Of a DNA stretch of 64,000 nucleotides, positions 37,614 through 49,694 are shown piece by piece; position 1 is the stretch's first letter; every line of letters starts with the position of its first letter. Source of the DNA: Balanoglossus misakiensis (Eukaryota; Animalia; Hemichordata); contig CM082594.2 in assembly GCA_040954595.2 (NCBI GenBank), positions 2,002,247 to 2,066,246 on the forward strand, given 5' to 3'. The notes under the pieces are model-generated. The model saw only the letters and a program-made list of their open reading frames with translations. It was not told where the DNA came from and made no database searches. The translations under genes and the position numbers were made by a program.

Positions 37614-38360
37614 TAGCCCTATTGGTTTGCCTGGAATTAGGTATGCACATAATCAATGAGTTAAGCAGGTGTCACAGGTGACCCTAAATTTTGGCTTCTT
37701 ATTTTGGTCCTATGCTGCATGCTGCATACTGGTCACTGGTCAATAGGACTATTGCACCGACCAGAATTCTACAAAACGCTGTGGCCATAGCTTAACTATA
37801 GTGGTATAAGTATAGGTATAGATTTCATAAAAAATTAATATAAAAAAATCAGTCGATTTTTCATATTATTTTTTCTGGTTTGAATTGATTGTCGGAAGGT
37901 GGGCTAGCTCCACACTCAATTTGAAACTGATCAGCCCAGAGGATGTTCAGATATTGGCTATAAATCAAAAATCCTGGGTGGTCATAGCTTAACCATGGAA
38001 AGTACAGGCCAATGGCTGAGTCCAATGGTCGTGAAAAATAATGCTTTAAAAATCATCTTCTCAAAATCGGCAAGGACTTGAACATTTAAATTTGGCATAT
38101 ATAAATTGCTGACAGAATTTTGATTTGTCATTTTTTATGAAAATGAGACCAATTTTAAAGTTTAAATCCAGGTTGACTGCCAGGTCATGTGACCTGTTGC
38201 CATTGTGACATGATCAGAAAATTACTCTCTATGTGTTTTACCTATGAGCCAACTTTCAAGTGATTGGGTGCAACAGTCTTTTAAGAGTAGGAAGAAGAAT
38301 AAAAAAACAACACGATTTCAAGAGAGTTTCGAGACCCATTTAGTTTCGAAACCCTAATTT
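37614..38360 (-). mobile_element. Truncated HINE-like element related to 21672-23149
   Basis: Reverse-complement similarity to about 21900-22730 (GGAATTAGGTATGCACATAAT...GCAGGTGTCACAGGTGACC). Terminal hairpin GAGTTTCGAGAC...GTTTCGAAACCCTAA. Confidence 0.7.
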
Positions 38361-41232
38361 GTGAACTTGTAAAGTTCCTTCAAGTGATACCCTAATAAAT
38401 ACATCCCAACTGAACCCACGTCAAACTTGATCTGAATATATACATTCCAATGGACCCCATTCAAACTTTACAAGGAATTAAACAATAGATAAATGGTAGA
38501 TTGTTGAAATTCAGCCACATGATGTTCCATATTATCTTGATGTATGTGTGTTACTGAAAACCTCAATAAGAACCACATCTTTGTTGAGGTTCCTTCAGAG
38601 TCTACAGTCATACTCTGAGTACTTGCAGTGGTAGTATAGTCATTTTCGCAAACTCTGTTTATCAGCAAGTCCAACTCAGGACCTTATACATGTACAAGGC
38701 ATTGTGTATCCACTCAAGTCTGTAGGGAAAAATTGACAAAGCTTAAAGTACAATATTTGGACCATCACTTTTATTAATGGTGATACATTGTGTGTACTTG
38801 TGTTAACACATCTGTGCCATCACTTATTGTACGGTTGTATTCAGCCCTTTTTGGGGGTGGCGGGGGTGTTTCCCCCCACACATAAAAAACATGCTCCCCC
38901 CAAATAAACCCCTAACAACAAACAAGCAAAGGTTATCTGGAATGTGATTGATTACATTCCTTTTATGATTACTCCAACAATAGATGCAGAGGTAGCTGAA
39001 GAAAGGGGACAATTCCAGAAAACGGTTTTGTCTAGCAAGGGTATTCCTGTGAAAGTCCCGGATATTGATGATGGCTGAAGCCAATTGTACTGGTATCACA
39101 TCAGTTGACATGTAAATGGTTAGGATCTCAAAAATATCATAAGTGGATGAATTCATACTGGATCTTGTGATCATGCTTGATGGACAATGATGTCACGTCA
39201 TCTTTGGTAAATTGTGATTAAAATTAACAGTTAATACACGTATTTGTTTTTATCCAGGTATGGGGTTCATACAGAGACCATTAAGTATGTTCTAAAACAT
39301 GTCACTAGGTCAATTACTGGCATAAAATATCATTTGTGAATGGTTTAAGTGGTCCTGAAATGTCTCAGATTTGAGATGGCCTTGCCAGCCAGACCTGGAC
39401 CAGTGTAAGGATTAACACCTCTCTACAACCCATTGTCTATGCATGGGGGCTGACCCTCAGCGCCTATACATAAACTTTGTGAAGCGACTGAAAGGATTAA
39501 TGCTCCGTGTTTACCATGGGCAAATAGTGTCTCTCAAACATTTTGAATTTTACCCTGTGTGCACCTGGTAAAGGACACTATGTTGAGAAATGTTATCCAA
39601 ACAGGTTTTGGTGACTTTTGGTGACTATCCAGACAATTGTTGTATTAAGTTACACCACGGTTACTAGAAAAGTAGTACCCCACACTGAAGGAGCTTGCAA
39701 GATTTCTCAACTTTATTTCAAGCAAAATTTTGACTATTTCACAAAATAGTGTGAATGGCAACATAGTAGAATAACATTTTTCTCTTTTTTGCACTTCTGG
39801 CATCATTTATTGGCCTCTATAGTGGATTCTGATGTTGTTCCAGTGTTGTGCTGAGGCTAAGTTTAATTAAATGTTTCAATTTCATAGTTGCTCAAGTTCA
39901 ATAGTGTCTTATGCATAATTAGGCATTGCTATGCAAATTGCTTCAGAAATGCCTTGTTTCTTACCTCAAGACAGCGCTCTGGGTGAGGCCACAGATCAAT
40001 GTTATGGACTTGAACTTGACCTTTGATACTCAGCTGATAGCCTAGTTTTCTTCTGCCATCACAATGCATCAAAATCCTGGTCCTGCAGTCTCCGCGAATG
40101 CTAGGCTCAGTCATCTAGTTCTACGGACATGCATAAAATATGTACTTTAGTTGATTAAACCAGAATTGCATTTATTACAATCACTTGGACTGGATACAGC
40201 TCAAGAATAATCTTCACAGACTATATTTTTCTAGCTGAAAGTACTGCTTTGTATTTAGGATTTCCATTGATTTTTGATAACGCCCATGAGTAGCCATTAA
40301 TTACAACCATGTGAATAACTTGAAACCAAAGTGTTAAATTGAAGGGCACATCATGATTTTTTTTCTGCTGATGTAATTATTTTTTGTTGTTACCGAAAAA
40401 TGTCTCCTGTTGTTTTAACAGCGAAACAGGTTACATGTACATGATTGGTTAAGTATTTGCCTGAGCAAAAGCTCATCTAATAATTGATTTTCTCTGTGCA
40501 GTACATTTAACACTTGTGTCACAGACACAATTTTCTTCATAGGAATGTGCAATTGAGATATGAGCTGCACATGTTTACCTGATATGTGGTTGTCAAGATC
40601 CTCAAGCCATCGCCAAAAGTATTCTGCACCATGACTCCATTCCAATCGATCTCACTCATATTAACCTGATCCACATTTTTTCCTGGTACAGGGTGACGGT
40701 CATTGGTTCCCCAAAATTAGAAAATAACTTCCAATTTTTGGTACTAACACCACCAGCACGTGAAGCTTGACCGTTTTGGTGGCACCTACTCTAGAGGACC
40801 CTGTCCCCTCCCCAAAGTTTTTACAGAGAAGGCCAATTGCTCTCTCCAGATCCTCACACTCTAGAGAGAGCCCCTATCTAAAGGAGAAGTCCCACCAACT
40901 ATCAGTTTTGAAACTGGAAGCTGCAGCTTCTTCAAACATTAATTCTTCAAACAATACTAAATTAATTAACCCTGGAATGGGCCCAATTAAGCTCACCCCC
41001 TCCCCCGATCCCTCCTCCAGCACAAGGTGACTCAATCTGGTTGACAAAGTCAGTTCCGATCGAATCTTCCTTTTGATGATTGCAGATGGAGCTCTCGTAG
41101 ATGAAGTGGCCACCATGAACCTGTAGACAGAACAAAACAAAAAGATGTCCATCATTATATGCAAAAATTGAGGCATTTATGTGTATGATGTGCAATGCGT
41201 GCCCATCAGTCCACAATCCACCAAACCAATAA

Positions 41233-42668
41233 GACAATATCCAGTCTTAAGTACTTCCAACCTGATGGTTCTGTCAAGATAAAAAAATAGATAATGATAA
41301 TTCTATGCATGACCATACAATCACAAAAATGACAGTACAAAAATTGTGTGAAGTCCAGCCCAAAACCACCACCACCACCAAAGCCCGCAGCCAATATACA
41401 GCCTTTAGTACTTCAAAGATGATGATTCTGTCAAGATAAAAATAGAAAATGGTTACTCTATGCATGACCATACAATCACAAAAATTACAGTACATGTGTG
41501 AAGTCCAGCCCAAAACCACCACCACTAGTACCACCACCAACCCCCTTAGGCAATATCCAGTCTTAAGTACATCCAACATGATTATTCTGTCAAGATAAAA
41601 ATAGAAAATGATTACTCTATGCATGACCATACAATCACAAAAATTACAGTACATGTGTGAAGTCCAGCCCAAAACCACCACCAAAGCCCCTAGGCAATAT
41701 CCAGTCTTAAGTACATCCAACATGATTATTCTGTCAAGATAAAAATAGAAAATGGTTACTCTATGCATGACCATACAATCACAAAAATTACAGTACATGT
41801 GTGAAGTCCAGCCCAAAACCACCACCACTAGTACCACCACCAACCCCCTTAGGCAATATCCAGTCTTAAGTACATCCAACATGATTATTCTGTCAAGATA
41901 AAAATAGAAAATGATTACTCTATGCATGACCATACAATCACAAAAATTACAGTACATGTGTGAAGTCCAGCCCAAAACCACCACCAAAGCCCCTAGGCAA
42001 TATCCAGTCTTAAGTACATCCAACATGATTATTCTGTCAAGATAAAAATAGAAAATGATTACTCTATGCATGACCATACAATCACAAAAATTACAGTACA
42101 TGTGTGAAGTCCAGCCCAAAACCACCACCACTAGTACCACCACCAACCCCCTTAGGCAATATCCAGTCTTAAGTACATCCAACATGATTATTCTGTCAAG
42201 ATAAAAATAGAAAATGATTACTATGCATGACCATACAATCACAAAAATTACAGTACGTGTGTGAAGTCCAGCCCAAAACCACCACCACCACCAAAGCCCG
42301 CAGCCAATATACAGCCTTTAGTACTTTAAAGATGATGATTCTGTCAAGATAAAAATAGAAAATGATTACTCTATGCATGACCATACAATCACAAAAATTA
42401 CAGTACATGTGTGAAGTCCAGCCCAAAACCACCACCACTTACTCACTAGTACCACCACCAACCCCCTTAGGCAATATCCAGTCTTAAGTACATCCAACAT
42501 GATTATTCTGTCAAGATAAAAATAGAAAATGATTACTATGCATGACCATACAATCACAAAAATTACAGTACGTGTGTGAAGTCAAGCCCAAAACTACAAC
42601 CAGCACCAAAGTTCCAAGCCAATATCCAGCCTTGAGTACTTCCAACGTGATGATTCTGCCAAGATAAC
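41233..42668. repeat. Tandem repeat, about 10 units of 144-167 bp, with a 303-bp higher-order dimer
   Basis: CTGTCAAGAT at 41271, 41428, 41587, 41731, 41890, 42034, 42193, 42341 and 42508, with a variant at 42656. Units differ mainly in a (CCA)n tract. Confidence 0.96.
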
Positions 42669-43385
42669 AAATACTCTTGCTTTTAAGAGTTTAAAGTAAT
42701 ATGAAAATATTATTGACCAAGCCTACTCCGATTCCAAAATTATATTTCTTTGACTTTGCACAATGAACGCGCCCAGCTTCGAAACCACATGTAATTTATA
42801 AACCGAATGTTTGCCAAAGTCCCCTGATTTAACAAAAAACTCGCGAAAATCTGTTTGTATGACAAACCTGACCATATGTCAAACTATGTAGTTTCTTTCC
42901 CTTTTTCCAAATAAAAACTATGAACTGCTGTTTTATTACATGCAACTTAGATTGCCAAAGTCACCTATGATTTAACGAAAATCTCGCGTGTAAGATAAAA
43001 ACTTTTGCGTGTATGAAAAACGCCTATCTTTCCCATAAAAAAACTCTATTCTTATCGAAAGTTTAGAAGAATTTGAACCCCCCATAGGTATCTAGCAGCA
43101 TACCTCCAGTCCCAGACAGGGTTAGGGTTAGAGTAAGGGTTAATATTTTGGGTTAGATTTTATGGTGCAGGGTGCATGTGCTAAATGCCTGAGTCTGGAG
43201 GTCGGCTGTCAGATCCTGGCTCATATGGACAGCTAATTTATAAACCGGTCGGCCCATTTTTTATATGTGAAGGTTACCAATATCGCGAAATTACGGCGTT
43301 TTTGAAACCGATTTATATCTTTTAGAATACCGATGGATTGCGCTGTTACGTGCAACTTTGTTTTCCACATCACATGTCATTTAAT

Positions 43386-43797
43386 GAAAACATCGCGAGC
43401 GTTTGGACACAAATCCTTGTACCGAGCCGTGGCATGATGACACCGGGCGCCTAACTTTCCCCAAAACCGGTAAAATTCACAGAAAATGCAGTAAACATCG
43501 CATGTGTCTACACAAATCCCTGTACCGAGCCGTGGCATGATGACACCGGGCGCCTAACTTTCCCCAAAACCGGTAAAGTTCACAGAAAATGCGGTAAACA
43601 TCGCATGTGTCTACACAAATCCCTGTACCGAGCCGTGGCATGATGACACCGGGCGCCTAACTTTCCCCAAAACCGGTAAAGTTCACAGAAAATGCAGTAA
43701 ACATCGCATGTGTCTACACAAATCCCTGTACCGAGCCGTGGCATGATGACACCGGGCGCCTAACTTTCCCCCAAACCGGTAAAATTCACAGAAAATC
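43386..43797. repeat. Tandem repeat, 103-bp unit, about 4 copies
   Basis: ACCGAGCCGTGGCATGATGACACCGGGCGCC at 43421, 43524, 43627 and 43730. Confidence 0.95.
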
Positions 43798-44467
43798 TTA
43801 TCTGTTTAGTATATTGCAGGTTGGAGATCCGGTCATCAGAGATGTTTGCTTGGACCCAGCTCGGTTCAATCTGCTAAAGTTCCATTGTTCCCCTTATAAA
43901 ATATTCAAATATATTCAAACGGTATGGTGCATATGTCGAAATTCCACAACACCATGTCGTTCATTTGTGCGTCAGCCCAGTTAAGGAAGAACCATTGCAC
44001 AAATACGGCGCTTGTCACGTCGGCGATTATCGATTTATTTCAACAGTGAGACAAAAGGGTGACCCAGTGATATTTGCATGTAAAGACTCGGAAAGGGAAA
44101 TACCATTAACACCTATTGCAGCGCGGGAGAACACGGTGGTTAATTTAACCCCGTGTGTTCTTGCCCAGGCTTTAATATATCACTGGACATTTCCATTTTG
44201 GGCAGGCTGTATCTGCTAAAAATAAAGCGAATGGCAGCCGTGACTATAAAAAATAGTATTGTCCAAACTTCTTCATTTTTATCATACATCGATTGTTGTG
44301 GATGCCTCGCAGTATCTGACAAATAGCAGGAGACAACTTATGCATGTACAATTAAGCTGCTGCATTTTAAACTAGATTTTTGGGGTCAAATTTCACAGTT
44401 TGAAACAAATTGTCGTATAACGATGCTTAAACATGTCTTGGTTGAAAATGTGGCTAATAATTAAAAA

Positions 44468-45953
44468 CGGGTCGTGTCTATTGACAGGCGCGTGTCAATA
44501 GCCAGTGCGTAGTATAGGGGGCCGGCTATTGACACGCGGGGACTTTATTCTCAAATTATTGCCGATTTTTTAAAACCAAAGCACATTTCACATAGTCCAT
44601 TAAATGATTCGTCTTTTCTTCCCCGAAAATGAGATGAAACGAAGTGAAAAATTCCGAAAGTCAGAGCATAGTTCTTCTACCCGTTCTACGCGTGTACGCC
44701 TAGCGCCTGCCGATTCTAAGCTTATCTCCTGACCGTGACACGGGGATTTTCCCTCCATTTTACTGCCGACTTTTATAAAGCAATGCACATTCCGTATCCT
44801 CCGTTGACTGATTCAACATGTTATACCAAAAATGAAATAAAGCGAGGTGTAAAATCACAGGCGCTTGTAAAGATGCTATTTCATTATTTTTATAAATTAT
44901 GAAGTGGCTTAAAATGATAAATCAGTAGCTTATACGATGTCCCGAATTTGCGTCAAACGAGCGCTCTCGCTATGTTCGGGCCTAGGCCTATACCCCACTG
45001 ACACATAAAGAGATCTCTTTATGTGTCAGTGGGGTATAGCCCAGCTGTCAAATTATGATTAACCTTTGAACTCGCCAGCTGTCATTTTGAAAGTGGCATT
45101 ATCCGATGACCTCGACCTGGCAACTTTCTAAATTAGAGTGAAACTTGATTCAACATCTCTGCGAAAAGCACTAGAATGAATTTTGCAAACGAGGCATCAC
45201 TGTCATTTTCGTTGCTTCAACCAGGAAAAATCTGACTGCTAGTGCTATGGCATGAAAATGTTAATTTCGGTAATACACGTCATTGCACTGGACCCTGCAA
45301 GGCATGCATTTGGGGACTAAGTAATATAAGTTGTCACACCACGGTTCAAGTTGTAACGTATTTCCCAACAAGCAATTCAATGAATTCGTTCATCATGAAA
45401 AAATCTCTCAATTCAAACGAAATATGTCCGCGCTGTTGAGGTCAGCGTCGCGGTGAGTGTGTCCCTCTGTGTGCAGCGGCCGTAGTGCATGAACAGTAAA
45501 ACAATCGTAGCGAGGTTGCTCAGAAATATTTCAGAAATTTGCACTTCCTTTCATCTACATTTTCGGCGGAAAAGATAAGTCCTCCGATGGAAAATGTGCA
45601 TTGCTTTATAAAAGTCGGCAGTAAAATGGTGGGAATCCCTTTGAGTCAGGAGACAAGCTTAGAATCGGCAGGCGTTAGGCGTACACGCGTAGAACGGGTA
45701 GAAGTACTAAGACATACGCTTTGACTTTCGGAATTTTGCACTTCGTTTCATCTCATTTTCGGGGAAGAAAAGACGAATCATTTAATGGACTATGTGAAAT
45801 GTGCTTTGGTTTTCAAAAATCGGCAATAATTTGAGAATGAAGTCCCCGCGTGTCAATAGCCGGCCCCCTACGCACTGGCTATTGACACGCGCCTGTCAAT
45901 AGCCAGCCCGACACGCACTGGCTATTGACAGGCGCCTGTCAATAGACACTCCG
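44468..45953. mobile_element. Non-autonomous element with about 320-bp TIRs and palindromic subterminal motifs
   Basis: About 44468-44792 is the reverse complement of about 45590-45953. Termini CGG...CCG with TTAAAAA on both flanks. CTATTGACAGGCGCCTGTCAATAG-type palindromes are repeated near the ends. Confidence 0.85.
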
Positions 45954-46124
45954 TTAAAAAACAATGTTTGAAACATTCTCGCGAGCCTCAGTCATCTATC
46001 TCCTCGTAACTCAGAAACTGTTACTGTAATGAGGTCGTGGTTTACGATGAAGGTTTTAACCCCTTCACTAGACTAGCCCACTAGTCGCTTGGTGATTTTT
46101 AAATCTCAATACTTTTTGTGTTTT

Positions 46125-46607
46125 CGAGAGGTCTTGTGTCAACAACCAAATACCATCGCTTACCATGTATAACCTTTACATAAAATCGAACATCTTGGTA
46201 TACTCACTCACATCGGTAAAATAATTGTACGGACATGCCCGTTTTTCAGGGCTTGTCACGCACCTTATTTATCACCGTAAGAAAATGTACGGTGGAATAT
46301 AATCATAGCAAACTCAACTGTCTTCGTATATCAATCAATCAATCAATCAAAAACATTTATATGGCGCCAATATCCAGAGAACTGTTCAGTGGCGCCCGAT
46401 GGTTGTTCTGTTTTAAACAAGTGAGTCTTCAGTTTCCCCTTAAAAGAGTCTAGACTGGTAGCTAAACGAATGTCATCAGGTAGTGAGTTCCAGAGCTTTG
46501 GAGCAGCATAAGAAAATGCACGTCCTCCATAGTTGACTTGTTTGTAATGTGTTATTGTCAGAAGGTTCTTTTTCTGAGACCTTAAGCTGCGTGAAGGGGT
46601 ATATCGA
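46125..46607 (-). repeat. Left arm of an inverted duplication (LINE 3' end plus flank)
   Basis: Reverse complement of about 49045-49906, without the 49214-49567 MITE. Confidence 0.9.
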
Positions 46608-47656
46608 TAATTGCAATACTTTTTGCGTGCATGCTTGCCTTGAGCGTGTTTTTGGTAGTGAGGCGAGTTTCGAATTTGGGACTGTGCTTGTGGTTTCGGG
46701 TAGCGTCGACCAAGGCCTACGCGTTCCCCTTCACATAATGAAGCCCATAGAGTTGGAGCAAGTCTACCCCTTTCACTACCATGTGTCTGTCCAATCCCAT
46801 TGTTTTCTATGGTAAGTTTGGACCTCTACAGAGGGAACTGGGGGTGAAAGCGTTAAACAATGGTAACATGTTCATGAGACGCATTATTTCATTGTTTACA
46901 AAATAGCACATCTCGATATATTTCTTACTTTTTTCTCAAAATTTCAAAGCTGGGACGAATATACCTTATCCGGGAGAGACATAAATGTTCTATTCGCGTC
47001 GTTTCCAATCCCTGTAAGGTATACTAGTCTCAGTTCAAAGTAAATTTGAATTTGGCTCTTAGTAAATTTCAACAGCATTTCAAAACCATGGCCTTTCTGC
47101 TTTGGATGAAATATTGAATTTTAGGTGACATGCACTGTTAAAATAAAATTGTTTTCTATTACATTACCTAAATGAGATTAATTGGTTGGCCGAAATGTGC
47201 CACGGATTCATAAGTCCCGAAAAAAGTAAATAGCTCACAAATCATGGCGGCGTCTTGTGCTAGGGTTGTTTGGAATGCGGTACTGACACATTTGCCAAAC
47301 ATTATATTTCTTATTCGTTCTACCGGTAAGAACGCGTCTATGCATGACGTCGCCAAATATAAATGAACTTCCCATGCTGCACATGGCGCCCTCTAGTGGC
47401 CGAATGCTTCGTGTGCGTTCGAACGCAGGCAATGTATTTTCGCCTTTCAAAAGCAAAGGCGTTTTAAGGAGAAATTTATTCATTCCAACCACATGAAGTC
47501 TTCAATATTGTTTTTGACATATGTGGTTTATTTTAATACTGAACAAAATAATCACTGCGAGGTAGGAAAGGCTAATTTCATCTCAAAATACACAACAGAA
47601 AAAGAATCTCGATATTGTTACCGTATCTCGCCGAAAAACGATAAACCATTTTCTCC

Positions 47657-48589
47657 GTAAAATGTTCCAACAGTCGCCATTCTCCTATCTCGGGAGCTGA
47701 ACATTTAAAAGAAATTCTCATTTGCATATGCAATAAGCCTACCCGGGTTCTCGAGTGTATCGTTTTCTGCTGCTGTCAAATGTGGTCCCTATACCTGAAC
47801 AGCAAAAAAACAAGCGAAGCAAGGTACAGACGACGCCCATTTCTACATCTGAGTTTAATCAGATTGGGGTGCATGACGTACTCCAAGAACAATACTACAA
47901 AAATTAGACTGACAAACATAGTTTTGATGGTAAAACCCGTTTTTTGTATTTTAAAATGTACTGTGTTATGACGTCATAGCAAATGAGCGCCCTCTCGAAG
48001 CATTACATTTAATGGTCCGTTCCCCGTACACGTTCGGGCGGGATAAACTTGCATATTAGTAATTTTTCCAAAGAAAAAGTATCAAAAATATTCGCCCCAC
48101 AGAAGCAGCAAAATGGAAAATTCAACTTGCGAGCAATCGCGAAAATGCACGGCAGAAGTAGGCGCTTGAAAAAACTCGATAATATGCTGCTTCGTATACG
48201 TTCGGTCGAAATAACGATGATTTGCAACGCGGCAAAACAATGATTGTCCCTTTAATAACGTTTCATATTAATGACTGTACAAGAACGTGTGCATTACCAA
48301 ATGAATAGCTATATAATGTTCAACCTGAGAAAGCTCTTAGTAAGTGTGAACGTTCTCACACTGACCGAATCTTTAAACCATGCCTTTTGACAAATGTTGA
48401 AGTGATTCATGCTGGTATATATATATGGTATGCAAAACAAATTGTATTGTGACCGGAGATATGGTTAACACCGATGGTATTTTTAACTGACACATTTTCG
48501 GTCATGTAGGAAGGTGAATATGTTTCTGTAAAGTGTGTACACTCCATGTTTAAAATTTCTCATAAATATTGCTTTTGTTTCTTAGCCAT
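47657..48589. repeat. About 0.9-kb interspersed repeat; direct copy at about 51298-52175
   Basis: CGTAAAATGTTCCAAC...TCGGGAGCTGAACATTT... through ...TTCTTAGCCAT is colinear in both copies. Confidence 0.9.
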
Positions 48590-48916
48590 AATTTAAGTAC
48601 TTGTCTTAAGTGGATGTGGGCGGGGGTTGGCAAACACCCGATTACCCCCCCCCCCTCCCCCTCCCCGAATCGTCTGCATGGGTGCCACTAAGGCGGTGTA
48701 AAAGGAGCGCTGACTTCAAAAAGGAAACAGCTGCAGGGGTGAATCCGCGCAGATACATTCATTTATGATTTTTTTTTTACAATCCGTCATATAAACAATA
48801 CAGAAAATTGCATTTTGGCATTTTGGCTCGAAATTCGACGTAGGCATCAATTCTAAATATCCATCCCCAATTTTTCTTTTACCTGTTCAGTCGGGTGTTT
48901 TTTCTTGCGTTGAACT

Positions 48917-49694
48917 CACATATACTCCCGCTCTCATCTCTCTGCATTGGCTACCAGTTTGTGCCAGGATTGATTACACGATCTTGCTTCTTACATATAC
49001 GGCCATTCATGGCCTTACCCCGGAGTACATTTCTGACATGGTTAATCGATATACCCCTTCACGCAGCTTAAGGTCTCAGAAAAAGAACCTTCTGACAATA
49101 ACACATTACAGACAAGTCAACTATGGAGGACGTGCAATTTCTTATGCTGCTCCAAAGCTCTGGAACTCACTACCTGATGACATTCGTCTAGCTACCAGTC
49201 TAGACTCTTTTAAAGGGACAAAGTCTCTCTCTTGCTGCCTTTTTTCATTAAATATGTTTGATACAAGACACCTTGTATGTTATTCTAAATGTGGATATAT
49301 AGTGAATCAACATTCAACCACACACAACTTCCATCCCACCCATCCCACTTGTAGACACGAGAGTGAAAAACTTGCCCATATGAATAATCGGTGTTTACCA
49401 TTATTCATTTTGGTGAGATTTTTACTCTCATATCCTACAAACGGGATGGAAGTTGTGTGTGGTTGAATGTTGATTCACTATATATCCACATTTAGAATAA
49501 CATAAACGTTGTCTTGTATCAAACATAATTTATGAAAAAAGGGTAGTGAGAGAGAGACTTTGTCCCTTTAAGGGGAAACTGAAGACTCGCTTGTTTAAAA
49601 CAGCCTACAGTGTGTGAACAACCATCGGGCGCCACTGAACAGTTCTCTGGATATTGGCGCCATATAAATGTTTTTGATTGATTGATTGATTGAT
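48917..49694 (+). mobile_element. 5'-truncated L2/CR1-group LINE (ORF2 C-terminus and 3' tail), interrupted by a MITE
   Basis: TPALISLHWLPV..RIDY..LLLTY..IHGLTPEYISDM...RSLRS...YGGRAISYAAPKLWNSLPDDIRLATSLDSFK|GKLKTRLFK, ending in a (GATT)n tail. Confidence 0.9.
49214..49567. mobile_element. Kolobok-like palindromic MITE, copy B
   Basis: TTAA|AGGGACAAAGTCTCTCT ... AGAGAGACTTTGTCCCT|TTAA. An empty single-TTAA site is present in the duplicate at 46440-46443. Confidence 0.93.

Noticed and set aside
41274-42242. 322-aa membrane or metal-binding protein
   Set aside because: It lies wholly within a tandem array, and neighbouring units of 148, 157 and 167 bp break the frame.
43118-43142. Interstitial telomere (GGGTTA-like repeats)
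   Set aside because: Only about four imperfect units. Such short tracts are common inside small repeats.
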